From: Podarcis tiliguerta
Taxonomy: Eukaryota
Length of the DNA stretch: 64,000 nt
Direction: 5' to 3' (one strand)
Assembly (NCBI GenBank): GCA_965153285.1
Contig: OZ229114.1
Part shown: positions 47,001-57,500 of the stretch, in pieces
Position numbering within the stretch: position 1 is the stretch's first letter
How the letters are laid out: every line of letters begins with the position of its first letter
Notes under the pieces: generated by a model
Database searches by the model: none
What the model was told of the DNA's origin: nothing
What the model saw: the letters and a program-made list of their open reading frames with translations, nothing else
Translations under genes and position numbers: made by a program

Positions 47001-50000
47001 CAGACTTTCTAGATCTCTGCCATGGCAGACCCCTATGTGAACTTCCATGAAACATTGTGCAGTTAAAAGCAGATTGGTAGTTCTAGAACACATTTCAAAT
47101 CATTGCTCTGCTTGTTGCCGAGAGAACATTTGAAGATGCATTGATACGAAAGGCGTACTCTGAAACAGACTTCATTACTTCACTGTTGGATATGAAATAG
47201 AATAGTATGAAACCTTGCCTGTTCTCCTGAATGCCAGTGATACAAATGGAACCCTATGGAGAATAAAGTTAAATCAGAAATTAGATTGAGGGGGAGGGGG
47301 CTGCTGGCTGAGATGAAATGCAGAAAAGAACTAGTAGAAGAAGGCAGGGGAAATCTGTAACTACATTATTATTTATGTAGCCCTGTCCTCTGGAAGCACC
47401 TGGGTTAAGCAGCTGGGTGGCAACGTGATCCATTGACTTGCTCTTTAAGGAGAAATACATTAAGATAAGAACTATAAGGACAGGAGGAAAATGCCTCTTC
47501 AGCAGCAAGTCTGTATTTTGGAGGGTGTGAGAAAGAGAATGTCCCCCAAATGGTGCTGTCAATTCAATAGTGAAAGGCTGAATGGGGGCACTTTCCAAGT
47601 TTTTCTATTACAAACACCAACTCACAGATTTCTGTAGGTATTGTAGGTCTCATCAGGTTTATCAACAATGCTGAGCTTGGAATGCGGGTGCAGCAAACAA
47701 AACTTACGTAGTACGGTATGGGCCACGTGGAACAGAACTGATCTACATGTGTTTGGTTCCTAGAGTCATCCTGAAATTGGTTTGGTGACCATGCCAGTAA
47801 GCCCAACGACTCCGACAACTCCAGTCACTCCTCTTGGGACCACACCACCTTCTTCTGACGGTGAGCTCTTCTACATATGCTCCAGTTGCCTGCATCTGGA
47901 TGTGTTTATACCCTGGGAAACATAGCAATTGTCCTCACTTTGTCCAGAGAAAACTTAAGCTTTTGTAGTTCAAAGCCAAGGTTTTCAATGCATCTGGAAC
48001 CCCACCAAGTGTGAGAATGAATCACAGTATGATGGCTTCATGTGGCTGGATCATAAACTGACCCCAAATGAGATTTCCCCTGGATCTGTTTTTATGATGT
48101 GGGAAGGCAGTTGTCCTTGGTAAACAGGAGGACAATACACAGTTTCATGGGCAAAGTTGTGGGTAGTTATCCTGGGGAAAATAGCATCAATTGTCTATAC
48201 TGGACCTCACGGTTTCCCTGTGTATGTGTGTGTGCTGACTTCTTTATGCGTCACAGATGGTTTAATGGCAGAATGTGAAGGGCTTGAATAGAGCTCAGTT
48301 TGTAAGCATCTCTGGGTGAGAGCAGTGTGTGTTACCCTCTTGTCGCTGCTATTCAGGTCACTCCGATATCCTAGCAGAAGAGCATTCTTCTCTGGGAGGA
48401 TAAATTCTTCTTGGTTGCCATGGATATCAAAAGCCTCCGTTTAAAAAAAATCATGTCTTCTACCTCTGCATATGTATTCCATATGATGCTGAGGGTTGGG
48501 AGCTGCTTAGGCTTTCTTTCAAATTGTTCACTGCAAATGTATCCGCCCACACACTTTTTTTTAAATATACAGCAGGCAGAATTTGTGCTTACCTTCATCT
48601 CTCTCTGTCTTTCACAGACGGCTGCAGACAGGCATAGTGAGCGCCGCCTTCCTACTGCTGGGAGGTTGATTAACAATAGTAGAGTAATTTTAATCTTGAC
48701 CTGCATCACTACCGTTAAAGGTCTTTCTCACTGTTGCTTTTTATTTCTCCTTTGTCCTTTTAGTAATCATGAGCATGAGTTTGCTTTGCTCCCAAGATTT
48801 CTGGCTCATTCTTTTTTTAATTTTTTTTTAAGCTTGCCAGGATTACTCCACCTCCTCAGGCCTTGCAATTTAGTAATCATTGACTCACAATTGGCAGTAT
48901 ACTACTTCAAAGTGGAAGGTCACTTTTTTCCTTTTGGTTTGCCTCAAAAGGATTTTGTTAAGCCCCCCAGCCCATGTAGTTCTGGGTTCTTTACCAGCAA
49001 CTGAAGTTTGCAAACAGGCTTACAGTCCGAAACCACTTCCTCCACATCTTGCTTGTGACATGGACTAAATACCATTTTCAATTTTTAAAAAAATTAAAAA
49101 CCCACGCTTTCTTTTATGAAAGGGTCAAGGCTGCAGGGGTTGAGCTATGATAAATAGTAACTTTCTACACAGTGATTTAAAAAGAAAAGAAAAGAAAATG
49201 ACCTACCTTTTCCTGCTTTTGCGTGAACTGTGTCTAAGGTGACTGTCACCATGGTTATCCTAAGTGCTGATTTTGCTGGCTGCTGTTAAATATTCATTCA
49301 CGGTGTGCATCATAGCAGCTCCAGAAGGATCCATTATAGTTGTTGAATACATATTAGTTAAATCACTGAGTGGATTAGTGGTACTATGGGGAGGTTGTAT
49401 AGTTCTGATGGTAGAGGGAACAGCTGAGCTGAGGGCCCTGTTAGCAGTGAGTTGAGAACAGCTTTCTTGGCTGTTAAATGTGGAGGAATGACCTACTGGA
49501 CAAGTTACATAACTGGGCTGACCTCTCTGAAACTGTCATATTCTCATGATTTCTCTTTGGGTGTCCCAGAAGTGAAGGTAGCAAGACATGTGTTGGGCTG
49601 GCAATACATATTGTTTGGCCATTATGTTACAAGGATTTGATGGGAAACTTGTGGATGTCCAAATATTGTTGGACTCCCATCATTTTTAACTGTGCTGGCT
49701 GGGACTGAAGGGGAGTTCAATATCTGCTGGGGCCACAAGTCCTCCATCCCTATTTGAAGGGCTTAAGTGTTCTTGTTTTTGTTTAAACCCAGCAGTGCTA
49801 GAAATGCCTCCACTCCAGAAAAGACACATAAGACTTTGCTGTACTGGTGATCATTAAATGGAAGGGAAAGGCTAATGGACATCCAAGCATTGCAATGCTG
49901 TTAATGACCAAAGAAATGCACATCCTTCCTGGAAGCAGCAGAGAGGTGGGGGGAGGAAGCTACTGTATTGAGCTTGAACTGAAGCTTGACATCAGGGTTC

Positions 50001-53000
50001 TTGTCCCATACTTAGATGGCAACCTTTTGAGCAGTAGTGGAAAAGTATGTATGGATATTGCAAGGAAGAGACTGGAGAATTATGCAAATCCCAGAGAACA
50101 GAGTTCAGTCCTTCTCTTTCTCCTGTTCCTTTTCCTTCCCTCAGTGATTTGGCCCTTTCTCTCTCCCCCGCTTCCTCTCAAAGGGAGCTGAAAAGTTGAT
50201 GCGGATCCCAATCCCTCCCCCCCCATCAAAAGGAGTCGTGCAGCTGATTCGGATCCCGGGCTGGGTGGCAAGCGATCAGGCAAGGAATGTCACCGCCCCC
50301 TGCCCCCACGAGCAGGCCGTGGCGGCAGGATCCAGTGCTTGGGGGGGGCAGCGGCAACATTCCTTGCCCGCTTTATTTAATCCTGCGATTCACCAGGATC
50401 ACGGTCGACAGGTTGCACATGTCTGACCTACAACAACTGGAGAGCTACCAGGTTAGCCAAGTGTGAGTTAGGGCCATGTCTGCAGAATAGGATATTAAGC
50501 AGGGTGGCAAAAGCACTACAAAAATGTGCTTTTATTGGAGTATTTCCTGTGGCGTTGGTTGTGGATGGTCTTACCACATTGCGGAAGTGGGGAGTTGAAC
50601 CAATGAACGTTATTTTTTATTGACATCAGGATTGGCAGTGGTACTGCCTGGGACTATAGAAAGTTATGAACAGAAATACCTGTAAGACTGGATGTTTCCA
50701 TAACTGAGGCATCCTCTTTACCACCACTGGGAGAGCTTTCGAAACTTTGTGCTGGTGATTAGCAAATCTTATCTGACCTTTCCTAGTTATAAGCACCGTG
50801 GAGCTACCTCTGGATGCCGACGTGCAGACCAGCAACCTGCTGATAACTTTCTTAAAGTACAGCTCCATTGTAATGCAGGACACCAAAGGTAAGCATTTGT
50901 GTTGACACAGCTTTACATTTCAGAAATTTGCTGGAGGGTGGGGGGGAAAGGGGATGTTGCTAGTTGGTCTGTATACAAAAATCTACCTGGACTCCCCGTG
51001 GAGATGAAAGTGGTTCACGCTGAGAGAATGAGCTGGTTTCTCATTGCCAGATGGCAATTACTGGATACTAGGGAGCCCTGGTGCTGAAGGGAGGGAAACC
51101 AAATATAGAATAAGAAAAACTGTAGTTCATAACCGCCAGAGGAGTCTCAGCATGCCCTCCCTATGAGGCAAAGCGCATCCAATTTTCAGCTATATCGAGG
51201 GAGGCGGCAGAGGCTTCAATGCATAGAGTATGGCATTTCTAAGAGTGCCCAAGAGGAGCAGTGCAAAACAGAGCTCTGGATGAACCTCTCTGTGTCATAT
51301 TTCCTGACTGGCAAAGGTAGCTTGATGTGGGCTGGTGAAGGAAGGCTCTGCTGAGTGGGCAAGAAGCTTTGACTTTCTTCATAAAGTGGGTGATAATTGG
51401 GTCGTGCATGGATTTAGGTAGTCTGCCTACATCATGGTTTCATAAATCACAGTGCCTTGAACGTTGGCATGTTTTCTTACCTCTGTATTTTAACCTTTTG
51501 CAGGCCATTTGTATCACAAGTTAGGAATTTCTGGCATTAGCCTACTACATTTTGCTTAGCGTCCCATTTTTGGCAACATGCAAAAATAATCTCCTGAAGA
51601 GTTTAAGAGAGAATTGTAGCTATTCCTTACCTCCCACCCTTGACTAGAGTCATTTGGTCCCTTTTAAATTTCCATTACAGTTTATGTAGCTAAGTGTGAA
51701 GACATTAAGCAGCACAATGCAACTTTTTGTTATAATTCCTTTGTAACATCCTGCAACAGCAATTTTAGCTGGGCCTGGGTTCTTTTAAATTCAACAAAAT
51801 GTATCTTCTGAGGAGACAATTAAATTGACTTCCCCCTTTAAAAATATTTGAGATTACTTTTAAATTCTTTCTCTGTTCAGTTTTTTAAGCAGAGCGTAAT
51901 TAGTGTTCTAGGTTAATCTTTCTAACATGTAGATGGCTGAAGAATTGAATGCTGTCCGTTAAGGATATTAATTGTTAGCTCCCCTCTACCAATGCTCAGT
52001 CTAGTTAACATTTTTTGAATTAATTCCCCTAGTTGTTACTCTCATTTGGGGTTATCTGTTAATGTTTCCTGGTTCTGACTTTTCCTTGGCTTGAGATAGA
52101 GGAGAAGAAAGCTCCAGTCAGGTAGCCGCTGCCTGCATAGAAATGGCATGGTAGCAGAACCTCCCTCTCCCTTCACCTCATCTATTACCTAGGACCAAAG
52201 TTGGTATCCATATCGGGGTAGCTGTGTCATTTTTATAATGTACTTATGGCTTATAAGGAGGAGTGAGATGTGCTTATACTAAAGTACTGTTCTGTGCAGC
52301 TGCAGATCCATACCCAATGATGTGCTGTTGAACATATGGCATCACTTGCAGTATGAGTAATCTAAGGAGCAAATGCTCAGTATAGAAAAGTAATGCCTGG
52401 CATGTAATCCCAAAGGACACACGACTGTGGCCTCTATGTCTTGCAGTGAAAAGATAACAAGGCTCCAGAGTACTGGAGCTCTCTTTTTAAATTGGTAACA
52501 CACCTGGCCTCAAGGGATGACAATGTTTAAATGTTCTTGTGTGCCATTGTCCTTTACATGTACCCACAGAACTGGTTTGGATGTCATGAAAAGCCATGCT
52601 TTATTGTGATGGGAATGAGTTTCAGCAAGTTTTGGGCTTGCATGTGCTCTCTTCCCCTCCTCTTGTGCCATGGCTGCAAAGAGGAGATTAGAAGCTTTTT
52701 CTTCCATTTCGATCAATCATAGTTTGTTGTTTCACCTGGATGTGAAAACTGGTTCATCTTAAATAAATATGTATTAAAAATAAGCCAGCTTCATAACCAT
52801 GGGTTATAAGCCACCTTGTTTGAACAATTCTTATTTGAGATTAATCACAGTTTTAGATTTGGACATAATGCAGATTGCAGTTAATCAACAACTTCCAATT
52901 TCCTCATTATGGTTGCATCAGAGAAAGACGTAAGATGTGATCTGATAGCTTCCTTTGGCTTGTTCCTGTCATGATAAACGATGGCTTATTGTGATGTCCA

Positions 53001-54115
53001 AAGCTGCCCACAGTTTTGAGGCTTTCACGTTTATCTTTTTTAAAATGACTCTTTGTCCCTAGTGAGCAGAGATAACAATTGGATCCATGTCAAGGCTGCC
53101 CACCCTCTTCAAGGCTCTTCATTGTTAGCCAGAAAATCCATCTCATTGTACAAGGCTTTACAAGGCCAAAAGAGGATGATAAAAGGCTCTGCTAGATCAG
53201 AATGAAGGCCCATCTTGTCTACCAAGTGGCCAACGAGATGCCGATGGGAAGCCAGCAAATAGGACTTGAGTGCAACAGCACTTTCCCTGCCTATGATTCC
53301 CAGCATCTGGTAGATGGAGGCATATTACCTGTGACTGTGAAGGTAGACTACAGCTGTCATGTCTAGCAGCCTTTAGTAGCCCTAAATCCCAGTGCTATTT
53401 TGCTAGAAAAAAGGTTCCAGAACTAGGCGTGATGATAGGGAAGAGAAGAATGAAGGGAGTTGTAGTCCAACAACATCTGGAGGGCCACAGGTTACCCAAC
53501 CTTAACGATAGGCTCTGGGACAAGAACTATTTCTGTACTAATAGTAAGTCTAGTGGCTGTGTTACATAGACACAGTGGAAAAGATTAACATCAAAGATGT
53601 AAAGAGAGACTATGAAACCAGGATTAATTGCACAAGCTTTATTACAGATCTTTGGAGGTCTTACAGTTTCTTGTCTAGGGTAACAACTTTGAGCGCAGAG
53701 CTGAAATGCTACTGATGCCTCACCTCTTGCTCTGCTTTTTCTGCTTCCTGATTCACCTACTGACCCTTTGGCACATCAAGGTATAAGTGGCTCATATGGG
53801 ACCTGCTGTTTTTCATTTGCAGATGAACACCGGCTCCACAGTGGCAAGCTCTGTCTGATTATCTTGACCTGCATAGCAGAGGTAAGCCCCGCTGCTGGTG
53901 TCCTGTATCTCATTTACATATGCATTAGCCTCTAGCCTATGACCTGGCACTAAGCCTGCATTCCTAGCCCTCCTTTCTTTAGGAAGTCGAATGATAACGA
54001 ATGCGGTATTTATAGTTAACCATGTGCTGATGGTCAGCTTCCCAAACAAATCATTCCCTTTTGTACATTACTTTATTCTGATGCTGAACGTTTGGAGCAG
54101 TAAACGTGAGAGATC

Positions 54116-54157
<42 letters not shown>

Positions 54158-54501
54158 ACACACTTATGTGTGTATGTGTATATACTTCTGCAGAAGGCAC
54201 TTGACACAGGTCAACTAGGTAGTGATACATGATTACACATTGGTGCTTTCCAGTCTCCTAGAGGAGTCCCATTTTTCTATTGGAAAAAGTATATTTGTTC
54301 AAGTGCCAGCTAATAGTTGGGGTTTTGTTTTGTTTAGCATTAGAGCAAGACCCTTCTGCCCTACAGCAGCTCATTCTGCATCAATGCTACCCAGAATCTT
54401 GGATTTTAAAGTTTCAAGAGGCCATGAATTCCTATTATTTCCGTTTCATCATTATTTTAAAGTGGTATTTCAGGAGGCCATGAATTCTTATTATTTCCAT
54501 T

Positions 54502-54545
<44 letters not shown>

Positions 54546-57500
54546 TAAAAAGCCTCAGCAATTAGCTGCTATTGATATCACCTAAGCTTACTTGAGAGGA
54601 ATGTAGGTAGCAGAAGACACGAGTTATTGCCTGCTTTCTACCAGGGTGTGTTTGACTGTGGAATTCAAGGAGAGCAAATTTGTTGCCATACTTGTGTTAC
54701 ATAGAACATGATTTGATTTAGAATTGAAGCTAAAATGAAAGCTGACTGAGGCTGCTGAGCCATCTTCCAGCAGCTCAAGCTGTAATAACTCCAATGACAA
54801 TGAGTCCATTGGAATGTCGCCATAAAGCTTTCTATATACATTATTGTAAAGAAGCTTCTTTGTGAATTCTGCAGAGTGCATTACAATTTTCCTGACACTT
54901 TCCTGCAAAGATGAACATCAGAAGGAAGCAACAAAATGCATCCATTTTTTTGTGGGGTTTTTGAGCTGGGCTAGTCATCCATATGGAGAATCTGCATAAA
55001 AGCATAATTTAAAAGCACACTTAAAAACATAATAAAAAGACTGATAATTACCAGTAGTTGCCTGTATAATATTTACTTGGCAGTTTTGCAAGTGTTACCT
55101 TTCATGACTGTGCTACCTTTCATGACTGTAGTGTTTTTTCCTTCCTTAATAGGACCAGTATGCTAATGCTTTTCTGCATGATGACAACATGAATTTTCGA
55201 GTAAACCTCCACAGAATGGTGAGTCTCTCTCATTAAGTGCCTTGGTTTACCAGGCTGGGGTGGACTCTTAAATTGGATATCATTCATGCATGGTGATGCT
55301 TCCAAATATTTGAAAACCTACTTAATGTGGATTAAACACACTTTAATAATATGTTTAAATAATTGAGATAACTGAACAGAATTTTGAAATGTAATTCTAG
55401 TGTGTTAGAATATCATAAATTAATCCTGAAAAGACCCATATTTACATAAGGTTTCAAAAATGCACATCTCTCATGGGGTCACTTATGATTTCTATTTAGC
55501 TCATGCATAAAATTGTCTTTTCTGTCATGGCTCCTTAACTTCAGACACCAGTGGTCATAACGGTTATCTTACTATGAAAATCTTTTCTTCCTGACTTGTA
55601 GATAAAACATTATAGCCAATGATTGTATGAAAATCTGCTACCTAGCTCAGTATTTTTTCCTCTAGCAGTGATGTTTATGGACATTGTGTTGAAGGACACA
55701 ATAGGAGGTACAGCCTATCCAAAACCCAGCCTACAGATACCCTAGTCTTTGCTTATAGCCAAATCAGTAAAGTGACCAATGAGACTGTGTGGAATGGGAG
55801 AGGGGGAAAGCCATCCCTTTGGGCAGCAGTTTTATTTACATGGAAAGCATTTGAGATAATGTATCTTGGGTGTCCCTGCGCCATGCCACATGACTATTTT
55901 ATCTCCATGTGTTTTGAAGCCTATGAGACACAGAAAGAAAGCTGCTGACAAGAACCTTCCCTGTCGGCCTCTGGTTTGCGCAGTGCTGGGTAAGTGTACT
56001 TACTAGATTTGGTCAGCAGCTATTCCAAAGATCGGGGTGTGTGTGTAGATTTATTTATTTAATTTGTATATCATTCTTCATTTATAGATCTCAGAGCAGT
56101 TCACAACATGAAAATACAAGATAAAAACATAAAATACATTAGAACAAAACAAGAACAGAAAAACCCAGGCAAACCAATAACCCCCTACTCCCTCCCACAA
56201 ATACATTTAAAAGGGTATAGGATGTTAATCAGCCAAAGGGCTGGTTGAAGAGAAATGTTTTTGCCTGGTGCCCTAAGGCATATAATGAAGATGCCAGCCG
56301 AACCTCCCTCAGGAGAACATTCCTCAGTACTTTGCCAGTTAGGCATTAATTCTAAAATGTATTTCATTTACCAGTATGGCATCTTCTTGCCTCTTCTCTG
56401 CCTGCCCCTTTACTTACTTTGGGCAAGGAGAAAAGCGAGTCTTTATAAATAAATCTTAACTGAAATTGGCTGCAGAGTAATGGAACACATTTGTTCCAAA
56501 GAGTTTCAGAAGCTAATGGAATACTGTTTTGCCAACTTTCCTTAGCTGGATAATGCACTAAAATCTAACATATTAGTGCTGCACATAAATAAAATTAACT
56601 GCTGATGACTTTAAATAAGAGGCTGGATGAGCCAGTGTGGATAATTGAATATAAGAATTCTTTGGGTTCCGCTCTACTCTACAGTTCTTTGAAAATTGGT
56701 AGGAAAGACAGGCAAATATTGGCAAAAGTGTCTGGGTCACCTTGTCCACTCTGAAAAACATTGACTCAAGGCCAGAAATAGAAATTGAATATTTCTGAAA
56801 CTGTGTGATGCCATTAGACTTTATTGACACAGGAACAATTTAAGCTATTATTGAGACCCTGTCAGATTTATTGTGCTTCGGAACATGCTCCATAGATGTA
56901 AAGCACCATTTTGTATCTCATTATCTAGTGTAAAATAAATATGGCCCCCTGTCACAGCAAATTTCTGAAACTTGTTTTTTGCAGGAATTTTCCACCAGTG
57001 GCGAGATTTGAAATAAGTAGAATTCTAGCCCTCAAAAGTAGCTTTTGATATGGATGATAAGGGGAAAGTTGGACAACTGTTTGAAGGATTTGATGCTTGG
57101 GAGTTGAAAGGCATACACAAACATGCCTTTTAAGGCATTCATTTCCCACTAGTATCATCTCAGGCTTTTGGAAAAGAGAATAACCACAGCCAGAACTCTC
57201 CCTACGGTCCCTTCCCACTGCTCATAATCATAGTGCGTTTTGTCTGCATTGATGTTAACACTAGGCAGTTCAAGTTCACGATCTGGAAACGAAAACATAA
57301 ATTGGTTATAAGTCCAAGGTCTTCGTCATGCACATCTCACTTTGATATCTGTATCCTTTCCTTCTAGATCTGATGGTAGAATTTATTATCACACACATGA
57401 TGAAAGAGTTTCCCATGGATCTTTATGTGTAAGTAATAGTTGACTAAAGCATCTTGAGGCATTTAATAACAGGCATCGCTTTTTATTTTATTTTATTAAA

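Noticed and set aside
48693-48706. 14-nt identity (ATCTTGACCTGCAT) with ARMH3 coding exon 15, suggesting a duplicated exon
   Set aside because: A few 14-mer matches are expected by chance within 64 kb; the flanks do not align and the position and phase do not fit mutually exclusive splicing.
48411-49004. 197-aa plus-strand ORF in an ARMH3 intron
   Set aside because: Leu/Phe/Ser-rich translation of pyrimidine tracts; its frame is incompatible with the ARMH3 splice phase.
57351-57359. GTATCCTTT U12-type donor motif (also ATATCCTT at 25421)
   Set aside because: It sits inside the pyrimidine tract of a normal U2 acceptor; all ARMH3 introns are explained by U2 GT-AG sites.
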